Numbered from the whole stretch's first letter, positions 20,600-34,768 are shown. The stretch is DNA of 63,862 nt, filler included, from Octopus bimaculoides (GCF_001194135.2; 9 parts of 8 records of this genome joined end to end with filler, not necessarily neighbours in it), one strand, 5' to 3'. The notes: generated from the letters alone by a model not told the origin. Numbers and translations: made by a program.

Positions 20600-22470
20600 A
20601 CACTGCTTTCCCTCATCCCAGGGTCTCACAGGCCCACACCTCCCACGCCGTCAGAATTGGCACTCTCAACATCGGCACACTGAAAGGTAGGTCTGGTGAG
20701 ATTGTTGAGATGCTTGAACAGAGACGCTTAGATTTGTGCTGCATCCAAGAAGTAAGGTAGAGAGGATGTTCTGCTAGTTTCCTCATAGGCAAAGAACACG
20801 GGTACAAGATTTTCTGGGCAGGGAACACTGACGGGGTCGGGGGTATGGGAATACTTCTTGCAGAGAAATGGGTTGATAAGGTAATCAAGGTAGTCAGAGT
20901 ATGTGACAGAGTACTTAAGATTAGACTAGTGCTTCACCATAGGTTAGCTATCATTATCTTGGCCTATGCCCCTCAACCGGGACTACCAGATGGGCAGTAA
21001 GACCATTTCTATGATACCCTGTCGCAAACTACCTCATTGACGAATGACAGGGACCTTCACTTTGTGGCTGGTGAAATCAATGGTCATGTTGGACAACATG
21101 CAGGGGGCTTCCATGGCGTACATGGAGGCTATGGCTTCGGTTCCCGCAATGAGGAGGGAACCAGACTGCTGGAATTCTGTGATGCAAACGATCTTATGGT
21201 TTGCAACTTCAGGAAACCTGCCTGTCACCTAGTCACCTACTGTTCCGGCAGACACATTAGCCAAATCGACTACATCCTCGCCAGAAGTAGGGAAAGAGGA
21301 CGGCTTATAAATGCCAAAATATTCCCAGGTGAAGAATCTAACCCTCAACACAGATTAGTAGTTAGTAACTTTGGGGATCAAGACTAAATGGTTGCCCAGA
21401 AGTAGACTGGCTTGGAGGAGAAGGGTTTCAAAGCTTAAAGATTCTGCAAATGGACAGAGATTTAGAAATGTCTTACTCGAAGCATTTGATGAAATAGAAG
21501 GGGATATAGCATCATACAACGTGGAAGACAATTGGACGTTTCTACGGGACAACATACTTAGAGCCACTGACCAGATTTGTAGCTGGTGCAAAGTCCCCTC
21601 TTGACCCAAAGTAACATGGCGGTGGAACAATGTGGTTGACAGGGATATTAGACAAAACAAGCAGGCTTGGAAGGACTGGAAGAACGGAGGTAGCAGGGAA
21701 TTGTATCAGACTGCCAGAAGGGAAGCTAGGAGACAGGTTTAGTTAGCCAGAGGGGAAGCAGATAAGAAAAAATTTGCCAATGTTCTGCGCCGTGAGGACC
21801 AAAGACTTGAAGTATTACGAGTTGCAAGACAGTGTGTGAGAGAGAATCGTGATGTCGGAGGAGAGAAATGTGTTCGCAGGGATGATGGTACGCTTGCACT
21901 AAATGAGGCTGCAAAGAGAGAGGTTTGGAGACGCCACTACAAAAGAGAATTAATGGGAGAAAGAGAGTCTGCCGAATGTCAACCCAACAGAGGGACCAGC
22001 TATCCGAGTTGACAGTACCATGGTAGATAAAGCAATTAAAAGTATGAAGACAGGGAAGGCCCCCGGCCCATCAGGAATCACTGCAGAGATGCTCAAAATT
22101 GCTGGCAGTGTCGGCTATAGCCTAATCACCCGTATAGTTAATCAGGTGATACACGAAGGAGTCATACCCAATGACCATAGTCAACTGCTACAAAGGTAAA
22201 GATGACACTTTAGACACAAACAATTACAGAGGTATCAAGTTGTTGGACCAGGTAATGAAGGTCATGGAGAGGGTCATAGCCCAACAAATTAAGGAGAGAC
22301 TCAGTTTAGATTAGACGCAGTTTGGGTTCATTCCAGGGAAAAGCACCTGGGATGAGGTGGTGAAGCACGACCTTCGAACTTTAGGCCTCACCAAGGCAAT
22401 GACCAGTGACCAGGACCTTTGGAAATATGCAGTATGTGAGAAGACCCGGCAAGGCAAGTGAGAACATAAA
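20600..22470 (+). mobile_element. RTE-clade LINE, decayed and internally deleted
   Basis: APE domain VRIGTLNIGTLKGRSGEIVEMLE..LCCIQEVR, AGEINGHVG, SQIDYIL; RT start KTGKAPGPSGI, NYRGIKLLDQVMK; joins directly to the C-terminus WDEVVKHDLRTLGL. Confidence 0.9.
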
Positions 22471-23429
22471 TTGTGACTTCTGCCAGAAGTGTTGCCAGCT
22501 CATTAATTTGTATCTTTACTTCATTGGACACTAAAAGCCCTTCTTGCGAAGAACTGTTGAGGCAAGTGATTTGGGAATTTGAAATTTGAAGTCGAAATTG
22601 AACCAAATCCAACGACTGGCACCCATGCCGACCTCTGCTTCACTGGACACTAAACTTTCCTTGCGATGACCTGTTGGGGCAAGTGAAATCGCAATCATAA
22701 TTGAACCATACTCGATGACTGGCACCTGCGCAAGTGGATCACTAACAGTACTGTCTGAGCATGTTCATTGCAAGGGCAGCTGTCTAACTTCCATGCTAGT
22801 GGGCCGTAAATAGCACCACTTGAGTGTAATCGTTACCAGCGTTGCTTTCTAGCACTTGTGCTGGTGGCACGTTACAAAATCATTCGAGCGAGGTCGTTGC
22901 CAGTTCCGCTGGACTGTCTCCCATGCAGGTGGCATGTAAAAAACACCGTTTTGAGCGTGGCCGTTGCCAGTACCATGGCACGTAAAAGCACCCACTACAC
23001 TCTCGGAGTGGTTGGCATGAGGAAGNNNNNNNNNNNNNNNNNNNNNNNNNNNNNNNNNNNNNNNNNNNNNNNNNNNNNNNNNNNNNNNNNNNNNNNNNNN
23101 NNNNNNNNNNNNNNNNNNNNNNNNNCATCCAACCCATGCTAGCATGGAAAGCGGATGTTAATCGATGATGATGATACAAAGTACCGAAAAAGACATTGTA
23201 GCAAGGAAAGCTCTTGCCTGGAGTGCATGCCATAAATCGAGAAAGGTATGGAGTTCAAAGTTAGAAAAGAAATTGAAAGTGTGGTTGTTTCTGGCAACAG
23301 TGGAGTCTGTTCTTCTATACGGGGCTGAAACAAGGATGCTCACTAAAGCATTATTACACTAGTGCATGCTAATTTACTTAGCAAGTATTTTATCTTGATG
23401 TTTGGTGACATGTCTCCCGAAATTTCAAG

Positions 23430-24960
23430 AATCTTTCCCAGGATTCTTGCTGAATATAGGACAGTACTTTTCTGCTGGTCTACAATGCAAGTTTCATCTA
23501 ATCTCTCAGTCTTTTAGGTAGCATTTTGGATGTTGTACCAATTACTACAGGAATAATTGTTGTCCTGGTCTTCCAAAGTATTCTCAGCTTTCTGGCTAGA
23601 TCCTGACTTTTCTCAATTCTTTCAATTTCTTTGGTATTGACTCTGCTATCATAGGGAATTGCAAAATCTATGATCTTACACTGTTTGTTTATTTTGTCTT
23701 CTATGATCATACCTGGTCTTCATGTTTCAATAGTATAGTCAGTCTTTATGGGAAAAACCCACAAGATCTTGTAATGCTCATTTTCTATCACAGCCTCCAG
23801 TTTGTATTCATACCACTTTTTGAAGCCACATACTCAGCTAACATCCCAATGCACTCTTTTGTCTGCACTTATACTCTTGTGCTAGTATACTGCACCTATT
23901 CAAAAAGTAAGAGATACTTTCATCTCCTTTCCTGCAGTCTACATTTGTATCTGATGGAGTTTTGTTGATCTTTGCCTTTATCAGCTTTGTTCTAAGTGCA
24001 TGTTGTTAAGCAGCTACAATTAGTGTTTCTGTCACTCATTTCAAGTTCCTGTCTGTCAACCAGAGCAATCTTCTAATATTCTCAGTTTATTGCTTGAATT
24101 GGCCACATAGTTTCATTTCTTTCCATTTGTTTTATTCTTCCTTTTCTCTTGAAATTTTCCTTGAATTTTCGATCACATTTTGGATGCTGATGGTATTCTT
24201 TCTTTCCTCTGCACAACATAGCTTTTCAGACCTAGTATTGCAGTATTAACAGTGTCTTCTGCATTTGGTAATCCTTTACCACCTTCCTTTCCTGATAGGT
24301 AGTGTCAGTTGGTATTGCTTTTAGGGTGGAGTGTACTGTGTTGTGAGCAACTTTCTAGTTCTTCTATCCCAGTTCTGTAGCTTGACCTTTGTCCATTTTA
24401 TAAAGGGAACAGAGTATCTCAATATGTGCATAGCCCATGTATTTATGGCTTTAATGATGTTCCCTCCAATTAATTTTGTTTTGAGCACCTTCCTAATTCT
24501 CTCCCTGTACCCTTTAGTGACTTTCTCTCTCATTTTCCCTTCCATTACCCTATCGTCTTCTAGTACTCTTAGATATTTGTACCCCTCATTATTCCACAAC
24601 AATCTAATAATGTGTTGAGGAAATTTTATACCATCAGACTTTACCTTCCAGCCTTTCTTCATAATTAGTACTGCATACTTATTTACCCAAAGCTGCATTC
24701 CAATATTTTTACTGAATACTCTCACCGTTTGGATCAAACAGTCTAGATCTGTTTCTTTTTTTTGTATATATCTTGAGGTCATCCATATAAAATAGGTGAT
24801 TCATTCTCAACTTGAATTTGGTAAGCTCATAGGCAGGCCTGGATTTTCTCACTATACTAGTCAGAAGGATTAGTGTTATGATTAAGAGTAATGGAAAGAG
24901 TGAGTCTCCCATGGAAAATACCCTTGCATATATTCACTATGCCTAGCGAGTCATTTGCAC
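23430..24960 (-). mobile_element. RLE-type (Dong/R4-like) non-LTR retrotransposon relic
   Basis: RT GDSLFPLLL and HLFYMDDLKIY; endonuclease PDMIIEDKINKQCKIIDFAIPYD. Confidence 0.85.
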
Positions 24961-25855
24961 ATGTCAATTCTACTTCCTACATTCTCTTTTGTGGATTGTT
25001 CAATAAAGGCTAAGCAGATCAAAACTTCAAAGTCACTGTCAACACTACTTTTGTTAAAGAATAATTAGTATGTACTCTACAAAATATTTTGAGTAATCCT
25101 TCAGTTTAATGCAAAACTGTTTTTAGTATAAAGAGAAAAACAACTAGTTTTAAATCTCTGAGCTAGAAATATATGTAGCGATACCTGTAGACCAATGGTT
25201 TCTGTGTAATTTCCCTTCTTTGGTACAGGACACCTACCAGCTAGAGATAACAGTCACTCACTCTTGCTCACAGTATATACTTGTAAAGTGACACACAGTT
25301 GCTGATCTCGTAAAGAGAAAAGCAAAGTTTTAAATCTCTGAGCGAGAAATATGTTGTAACAGTACTGTATAGTAAAGTCTATTTGCTAACGCAACATGGC
25401 AGTCCTACGCAAGACGATGTTAATACTTTTTAGCCCCAGGAAAACATCTTTTCCAGCTGGCTACTGACACATGATCTGTGTCTGTATACTGAGTAAGGGA
25501 GTCTACCGCCCCTTTCTAGCTGTAGACCACTGTTTTTGGGTAATTTCCCTTCCTCGGTACAGGACAACTGCCAGCTAGAGATAGCTCATAGTATATACTT
25601 TTATAACTCAACAGAAAAACAAGCTATATATGTATCTTAAAAGATAGAGCTCAAAATCGATGCATTGAAGATACTTTATTGCAGCAACAATTATAATAGC
25701 AGAAACAACAACAATAAGCCAAACCTATACACATTTCAATAGAGTATCCAGGATAAATAAACCACATATATATATACAAAAACTCACCTGTGAGGTTTTT
25801 GCTAAGACTGTTAACAGATACTATATATTTTATAAAATTTTGTTTTATAAAATTA

Positions 25856-25893
<38 letters not shown>

Positions 25894-26559
25894 TCATCAT
25901 CATTTAATGTCTATCTTCTATGCTGGCGGCATGGGCTAGGCAGTTTGACAGAAGCTGGCAAGGCAGAGGACTGCACCAAGCTTCACTGCATGTTTTGGCA
26001 TGGTTTTTACGCCTGGATGCCCTTGCTAATGCCTACCACTTTACAGAGGTGACTGGGTTCTTTTTGTGTGGCACCAGCACTAGAAAGTCTGCTTTGGCAT
26101 GGTTTTTACAGCTGGATTCTCTTCCAAACACTAACCACTTTACATAGTGAACTGGATGCTTTTTATCTTGTACCAGCACCAGCAAAGTCACTAAATAACT
26201 TTTAAGACGATGATCCTTTGAGAGCAAGATGATATTGAAGGAGGTGGCTTTGTGCCAGGTAATGAGAGGTTAGAGTATGAATGAATGACAAAAACAAGAG
26301 TCTTGCTGTAGAGGAGATATAATGATACCCCAGTCAGAGAGAGAGAGATGATCATGATGTACCAAGGCATACTCTCAAGGTACAAGTATGTGAATATAAA
26401 TGGGATGATAGAGGATTGCTGAGGGTGTGTGAGTAGGGAGTTCGCATGAATGCAAAAAGGGAGTGAGTGGAGGAATGCAGTAACTGGTGAAACCTGGATA
26501 TAGAGGAGGCGGGGGACAACAACAACAGGATAACAATGATACAATGGCAGGACAGGATT

Positions 26560-28210
26560 GGGCTGCAGGAGTGAAAAGTGTGAGATAAGCTTAGTGCATG
26601 AAGAAGAGGAAGAAGAGAAGAGGAGATATAGTTTGGTTTATTGGGGTAGGTTGTGTGAAAAATTTAATGTTACATATGAGTGGAACAAACAACACTTCCA
26701 GTACTCAATTTTTCTGAGGTGGACAGGTCTCCTCAAGAACCTCATACCACCTGACATCTCGGCCCATTGTCGTCTCTGCCCACCCCCCATGAAGCACAAT
26801 ATCTTGAGATCAGCCCTCACTACTTCATCCTGTGTCTTCCTGGGTCTCCCCTCTTCCACAGGTGCCTTCCACTTTAAGCAATTGACACTTCTTTATGCAA
26901 CAGTCTTCATTCTTATGCATCACATGTTGAAACCAATGTAGTCTTCATATTTGCATGTTGCATCTGATTCCTCTCATGCCCAACTTTTCTCTCAGAACAT
27001 TTGCACTTTTTCATATATGCACACTGATGTTGCATATCCATCAGAACATACTCGCTTAATTCCTCTTTAAACTATACATTCAGAGTTCACGTCTCACTAC
27101 AACGGTGTATAGCTAATTGTACATAAGCATCATACAATCTGGCTTTCACTCTGAGAAAGAGTTCTTCTGTTGCCAATAGAGGTAATAGTTCTCTGAATTT
27201 CCTCAGCAACAATACTTTCAGAACATCCTCCAACACTGCTAATTTGATCACCTAGGTAACAGAAACTATCTACAACCTTGTGAGAGCTTCCTGGGCATTT
27301 GAGAGAGTCTAATTCACATGTGTCCGTAGTGCTTATTGCACTTGCACATCTGCCAAACACAAAGATAATTTCCTCTGTTAGCCTACCTGTGATTCCACTC
27401 CACCTTATGTGTCCATAACTCACACTGGGTGCAATGAATGGAATTTCTTCCAACACTTGTCTTATAATTTGAGCAGGGCCATTTATCTGCAGGTAAGAGA
27501 ATCTTAGCTGCTTTCTTGCTTGCAACAAATTTGGTCTTCACTAAATTGACTTTAAGGTGCTTTAATACCAGGATTTTCTTCTATTTCTGGAATTTCTTCA
27601 CCAATTCTGCTACAGATTCTGTTTTAGAGTGAGAGCATCAGCACATAGTAGTCCCCATGGGTAGCCAGTTTTAAATTCTTCTGTTATGACCTGGATGACT
27701 ATGATGAATAAGAGAAGACTGAGAGCTGAACCCTAGTGAACCCCTGCTTGTACACTAAATTCATCACTGTCCTCATGGCTAACTCTCACCCTACTGACAA
27801 CACTACTATACATGGCTTATACATCTCTGACAAGCCACTTATCTACTCCTAACTTCCTTAGAGACCAGCAGATAACAGAGCAAGGGACTCTGTCAAAAGC
27901 TTTCTCCAGGTTGACAAAAGTGAAAAACAATGATTTACTTTTAGCCAGATACTTCTCCTAAGAAGATGACATCTGTGGTACACTTCCCAGGCACAAATCT
28001 AAACTGCATCTCATCTAGTTTCATTCTATTCCTAATCAATTGAACAATGACTCTCTGTAACTTTCATCCAGCAGTTTGATACCTCTGTGGTTGTTTCTGT
28101 CATAGGCATCAATGTAGCAACTAACTCTAATACTATTATACCGTGTAGCAACTAACTCTAATACTATTACACCAATCATTGGGGATGATGCCTTCCTGAA
28201 TATCTTCATT
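26560..28210 (-). mobile_element. RTE-clade LINE RT and 3' part, decayed
   Basis: VQAGVH*GSALSLLLFIIVIQVITEEFKTGYPWGLLCADAL; VVDSFCYLGDQI; GRPRKTQDEVVRADL. Confidence 0.85.
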
Positions 28211-28311
28211 AACTATGCAAGTTACTAGGCCATGTATCCTATCTATCAGATATTTTAAGTATCTCAGTAGTGATTCCTTATGGTCCAGAGGCTTTCTCTG
28301 TCATCATATAT

Positions 28312-28537
28312 TTAACTCTTTAGCATTTAAACCGGCCATATCTGGCCCATATATTCTACCTGTTTTATGTTCAAACCAGCCAGATCCAGCCTCTCACACC
28401 TACCCTACAGTGTTAGTCTAAAAATATATAGTGACATCATCAAAATCTCAAAGCTACAAAATAATATATGATTGATTCAAAACAATGTGAATTAGTTAGA
28501 ATTATATTTGACAATAATCTGAATACTAAAGGGTTAA
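28312..28537 (-). mobile_element. Complete piggyBac-like MITE
   Basis: TTAA-CTCTTTAGCATT ... AATACTAAAGGG-TTAA; related pieces at 5780-5890, 6285-6510, 7900-7967 and 63309-63511. Confidence 0.75.
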
Positions 28538-28659
28538 TTGCCTTATCTATTATACTGTTGTTAACTCTAATGCCTGGTCCCTCGGTTCTATATTTTAAAG
28601 ATTCTCCTTCTTTGCATTCTCTACATTTAGCAATCTTTCATAGTGGCATTTTTCTGCCA

Positions 28660-28765
28660 CTATGAAAGGATATAAAGTGGTCCATTATTAGTTATGCTCC
28701 ATCATACATTGCTGGTACTTCTAAATGTGATCTTTGCCAGGAAGAGAGGTATTAATATAATTGTT
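28660..28765 (+). mobile_element. Penelope-like GIY-YIG endonuclease C-terminal relic
   Basis: DIKWSIISYAPSYIAGTSKCDLCQEE resembles the PLE I.WSI...A..Y.....C.LC..EK motif. Confidence 0.55.
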
Positions 28766-30990
28766 TCAAAATTGAAATTACTAAATTGTAAAACCAATCC
28801 TACATGGAAATGCTTCCATAAATATAGATAAGCATTTAAATATTTAATTTCTATCTTATAATAATTCTGCTTATTCCTCCATTACTTAGCCTATCCGTAA
28901 CGCTTCTATGTGATTAGTTGAAGGGGAGGGGGAGATAGTGGTGGTGAGTGAAATGTGTTTTTTTTTTAGATAAGTTTCGTCTCTGTTACTTAGCCTGTCT
29001 GTAACACTTTCACATGATTAATTGAAGGGAAAGGCAAAGAGTGAAAGAAACAGGAGAGAGAAAAAGAGGGTAAGGTGAAGAGTGAGAGAGAAAGAGTGAG
29101 TGTGCTGTGTATTAAGTCTATAAAATTGTGCATAAAGTATATAATGTGCATGAAGTAATCATCATATTCCAATTGCCTTCACTTTTCAATGATTAGTAGA
29201 TGAGCAACTATTTTTTGATACAGACACAACACAGGCGACATTTTCAGGGTTTTGGATAAAGTTTTCCGAAATAACCCAATAAGTTTACCACTAATTCTGT
29301 GAAATATTCACAGGTCTCGCAAGTAGTAAATAATGCTTTAATTATTATAAGTGTTTTTCCTATAATATAACAAGCACAATCTTTCTAAAAATCTTTTAGC
29401 ATATGTAAATAGATAACTAAATGTTGTGATGTAGAATTTCTCTTCTTTTTTTTTTTATCGTTATCTAGCGACATCATAAGTTTAAATACTAAACTGGTTT
29501 TTCTTGATCATTCTTTTTTGCATACGTTCATATATTAGAGATATTGTTTTAGTTCACTTTGAATTTAGCCTATTTTGGGTTACCTCGATAACATTGCTTT
29601 AGCATAAATTTTTGAATATATTAGTTTGAATGGTATTTTGTAGCTTTTTTCTATATCTAAATACGCTGGCACAATAGACATGATAGTCAGTAATGTATGG
29701 TGTGATCAGCAATTAAAAATGTGATTTTCTCCATTCTTGTTCGTATTGTTATACATATGTCCATGCCCATGCACATAACCTATCCCTGACAAGGCTCTTC
29801 CCTATAATCCATTTTCCAAACACCTCCCCCATCCCCCACCTGGGTTCACCATTTGCTGTTTTCCCTTACCCTCTATCTCTCAATCTTCTCTCCCTCACAA
29901 ATCTATCTGCACATAATGTGTCCCTATTTAATCTTTTCCCCATAACATCCTCCTAACACCCCTTCCCCTTATTTGTGCCCACTCACTATTCCCTCCCCTC
30001 TACTTCCTACTTTCCTTTCACCATCTTAAAACTTACCCAACTACTCATACTCTCCAGTTCTTGGATTCACTTCAGTTATATACATCTCCCTCTCTCTGTC
30101 CTCTCCCACTCTCCCCCTCTCTCTCTCTCTCCAAGTGACCTATTTCTGACTATTCATAATCTAACTTCTCATCACCTGACATGAAGCCACCTCCCTCAAT
30201 ACTACCTCCACCTCATTTGAGGAGTCTTGTATTGCAAGTTACTTGGTGATCTTACAGCTGCTGGTGCCATGTAAAAAACACCCAGTACACTTTGTAAAAG
30301 TGGTTGGCATTAGGAAGGGCATCCAACTGTAGAAACCACATCAAAGCTGACACTAGAGCTTGGCACAGTCTTCAGACTTTATCAGCTCCTGTCAAACTGG
30401 CCAACTCATGTCAGCATGGAAGGAGGACATTAGATGATGATGGTGATTGGATGCACTCAGTGTGCGACAATGATGCCATTCAGATTTTGGCTCTCATTGT
30501 TAATCACATTAAACTCCCATCATTGTGTGATCAATCAGGATCCCATGTAGTCTGAAGAGGCCTAAAATGCCTTGCCAGTCATTCAACATATTATCTACTC
30601 ACTTACCCATCTTCCCTTCCATATTGTCATGTAAACTTGACCTATGTTCCCACATTCAGGTCAGTGTCTCACCCCGATTCTTACCAATAGTAGTCCACAT
30701 TCATGGGCTACAACCCCATCCCATCTCAGCTGTTTCCCCCCCCCCTCACCAGCCTTGTACTGCATGAATATTTAAATATGGTTACTGCATGTCTGTGACT
30801 TGTACTTCCATAAAAAAATGTTTGATTATGCATGCTGTCCTTACATGGTGTATCTATAAATTGCATCTATAGTGTGACATGTGTTATCAAATACTGAAAT
30901 ATATGTAACAAATGAAATAAAGGAGAACCAAGTCAAAGCTCATGTTCTTTTCCTTCATGATGTGTATATATATATGTATATATGTGTGTG

Positions 30991-31027
<37 letters not shown>

Positions 31028-31605
31028 CTCGATGTGAACTTTCCAGAGCAGTAATTAGATTTTTTAAATTCCGTTTACTTTGTGTGATTTAAGGGAGATT
31101 TGGCTGTTGTTTCTAGCAACTTTTATATTTCTTCCCTTCTACCTGGACGGCGTTCTTACACACGCGCTCAACATATAATATAGAGAGTAAGAGAGGGAGA
31201 GAGAGATAGAGAGAGTGATACATACAAAGTCATAGATTAAACTTTCCTCCCAGTATTCTTTACCTATTTTTCATAACACAGATACGTAAAAACACACAAC
31301 CACACATACGTGATCTGTGACAACAACATACACATACACACATCAACATTATAGATATAAGATTTAGTTTCTGTGTTTCTTATATAAACACGTGCACGCA
31401 TTGTTATTTTATAACTGTCTTCTGTTCTCTCTCTCTCTCTTCATTGCTACCATCTCTATTCCTTTCTCCCCCTCTCTCTCCCTCTTCCTCTCTCTCTCTT
31501 CTCTCTCACAAAACATTCACTACAATATAACTCATGTTCGTCAATGTTTGGTAAATATACCACGATTTTCACTAGGGTGTTAATGTTAGGGTTTATGTAT
31601 CACTT

Positions 31606-31689
<84 letters not shown>

Positions 31690-31721
31690 TCTCTCTCTCC
31701 CTCTCCCTCTTTTACTCTTAC

Positions 31722-32729
31722 TCTCTATATTATACGTTGAGCGCGTAATTACTGCACTGGAAAGTTCACATCGAAAAAATTCCATTGATGTAAAAATTTT
31801 AAAATTCAATTTACTTTGTGTGATTTAAGGGAGATTTGGCTGTTGTTTCTAGCAACTTTTATATTTCTTCCCTTCTACCTGTACACACAATCATTGACTA
31901 CAATATAACCCATGTTAGTCAATGTTTGGTAAATATACCACGATTTTCACTAGGGTGTTAGGGTTAGGGTTTTAGGGTCAGGGTTAGGGTTTTAGGGTTA
32001 CGGTTAGGATTTAGGGTTAGGATTAGGGTTAGTGTTACGATTACGGGGTTAGGGTTTAGGGTTAGTGTTAGGTTTAGGGTTAGTGTTAGGGTTAGGTTTA
32101 GGGTTTTAGGGTTAGGGTTGGGTAATCGTGCGGGTGTTAATCTGAAAAATTACAGAAATGTGAAAATTACCAACCCTGCCATCTATTATAACTTTTGTTG
32201 TTCTGTTTAATATATACATAGATTATGCCTCCAAAGAAGAGAGTTTGCTGGGGAGAGAAAGCAACCGGTTTAAAATGACAGCAACAGACTGCAGCAATTC
32301 ACCACATTCCAGAAGCTACTTTGAACATGCAAAATGGTGCATCAACATCTTCTGCCTAATCTGATAGAATTCTGGCAAAACTGTGAAGCAACAGATCGCC
32401 AGCAACTGCTTCATCACAAATTGCCATCCTACCTCCTGCTAAAAGGGATTACCCTGCTATGTATAATCAGGGCAGCGCAAAAAGTTGTTTTGCACAAGCA
32501 TTTCTATAGCCAATTAGATGGATGAAATTTACGTACGCTTAATAATGTTACACAAAACAGTCTTCAGACTTTCCCTATGAATTTCATCGTCTTTTGAATT
32601 ATGAACATATTTACATCATAACGGTTTTTTCGTTGTAAGGCTTTCTTTTTTAGTTGATTTTCACCTAGCAAGACTTATCGTAGATGGCGTAATAAGTCAC
32701 ACCCGGACAAGGTCAGGTTATACTGCTAG
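31722..32729 (+). mobile_element. Probable non-autonomous Helitron carrying a telomere-like array
   Basis: 3' hairpin CCGGAC-AAG-GTCAGG at 32703-32717, then CTAG|T at 32726-32730; the 5' limit is approximate. Confidence 0.45.
31951..32122 (+). repeat. Interstitial degenerate (TTAGGG)n-like array
   Basis: ttaggg, ttttaggg, tcaggg, ttacgg and ttagtg variants over about 170 bp. Confidence 0.85.
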
Positions 32730-32839
32730 TATATATATATATTGTGTGTGTCTTTTGCTGATATCTATCAATAAAAGACATAAACATTGGCAAGAAAAAT
32801 TTGGGCTTTTTGAATGAAGTCTCTTGTGATATTGTTTTT

Positions 32840-33180
32840 GCATATGGCCATACCAGCGCAATCGTCTCTCTGTGGTGTGCAAGAGAGACGATTGCGCTGG
32901 TATGGTCATGTAGCGAGAATGGATGAGAATAGCTGTGTGAAAAAGTGCCACACCTTAGCAGTTGAAGGAACCTGTGGAAGAGGTAGGTCCAGGAAGACCT
33001 GGGATGAGGTGATGAGGCACGACCTTCAAACATTGGGCCTCACTGAGGCGATGACTTCTGACCGAGACCTTTGGAAATATGCTGTGCATTAGAAGACCCG
33101 GCAAGCCAAGTGAGACCTAAATCTAAGGCCTCAGCCAGTCCACTTATGCGTACCTTCCTTCATTGGACACTAAACTTCAC
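32840..33180 (+). mobile_element. RTE LINE 3' end
   Basis: CGVQERRLRWYGHVARMDENSCVKKC...GRSRKTWDEVMRHDLQTLGL. Confidence 0.9.
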
Positions 33181-33326
33181 NNNNNNNNNNNNNNNNNNNN
33201 NNNNNNNNNNNNNNNNNNNNNNNNTTAATTAATTAANNNNNNNNNNNNNNNNNNNNNNNNNNNNNNNNNNNNNNNNNNNNGAAATAGCTTTACAAACTGA
33301 ACATTTGGAATATTTTTAAAACAGCA

Positions 33327-33337
33327 AAGATGGCGGC
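33327..33337 (+). promoter_or_regulatory. YY1-consensus motif in a GC-rich segment
   Basis: AAGATGGCGGC; a reverse core GCCGCCATC lies at 37515-37523; motif match only. Confidence 0.35.
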
Positions 33338-34724
33338 GGCGGCGGAGGCGACGATGCTAGAAGTAGTTCAACGTTCACGTGTTGGTGGTAGTAATAGTGG
33401 TGGTGGTGGTGGTGACGGTTCAGTCTCGCTAATGATGCTGCTGCTGATAGTCGTGGTGGTGCCGGTAGTGATGGTGGTTGTGATGATGATGCTGTTAATA
33501 ATAATGATGATGATGGTAGTGGTGGGGTGTGGTGATGATGAGGAAGAAGGAAGAAATATTCTGAACCGGAAGACATGAAGATGTAACATTCCAGAATTGA
33601 TTACACCAGGAACAGTAGGGAGGAGGAGGAGGATGGAAGAGAATGGCGTTTCCCTACCATTTCTACTTATAGGGGAGGGAAGGAGGGTGGCTTAGACCGC
33701 CTGCCTTGTCCCACCTTCGCAACCTCAGAACTCTCGGACCAAAGCGTACCCCGAGTTCTTAAATACTCGTTTTTCCACCAATGGACTACACATAATACAA
33801 ATATATACATACACAGCAAAAGGCCGCCACGCTCGATGAGAATAATGTGACATTCATGCCTCTCCATTCAAAACAATTTATTTCTTAGACATCAAGTCCC
33901 AGTTGTTGATGGAGGGGAACCAACCATTTTTTTTTGTCTAAAATTCAAAAAGGTGTCCCACAAGATTGCGAAAAACAAAAAAACAAAAAAAACGAAAACG
34001 AAAACAACTCAATGAGAAGTGGACGGGGGGGGGGGTTAAGATCTCGGTTTGTGTGGCAACCCCCCGTCCCTCCCGTCATTTCTGTCTAATGAAGATGGTG
34101 GAAGGCTGAGACGGGGGGGGAATTTACCATTCTTCCTACTCAAAGACAGGAAGAGAAACGAGGTTCTAGTGGAGGAAGAACTGAAGACAGATTGTCAACA
34201 GGAACAGGACACGTTGTAGGGAAGATAGGACGGGTGGTGGTGCTGTTGCGAGGGGTACTGACAGTGGTGGGGTGGTGGTGGTGGTGGTGTTGTCTTAAGT
34301 GTTGTTAGTAGTAGTGGTGGTGGTGGTGGTCGTGCCTAGTGGTTGGAACTTAAAGGGAGAAAGGAATTCAAAGCAGCGAGAAAGAATGAATGAATGCAAA
34401 GAGTGATGGGAAGAGGGGATCGGTGCAGAGGCGAGGGACGAGTGTTTGGGATATTGTCAGAGTTTGATGAAAGGAATGACTGGACGGTGGATGGCACCGG
34501 AGCGGTGGCGATTGGTTGGCTCGGAACCCATAAACCAACAAATAACACACATATATATAGACATGCATACACAAATTCATCTATCTCTCTATATATATAT
34601 GGATAATAATAATGATGATGAAAATAAATATTGAAAACTACGAATGTTACACGTTACAGACATCTTTATGTGTATGTGTATACACACACATATATGTATA
34701 GAGAGAGAGAGCGTGATATATATA

Positions 34725-34768
<44 letters not shown>

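Noticed and set aside
25788-25820. 33-nt minus-strand micro-exon with a strong CAG|GTGAGT donor
   Set aside because: Poor acceptor tract, no partner exons and no recognisable peptide
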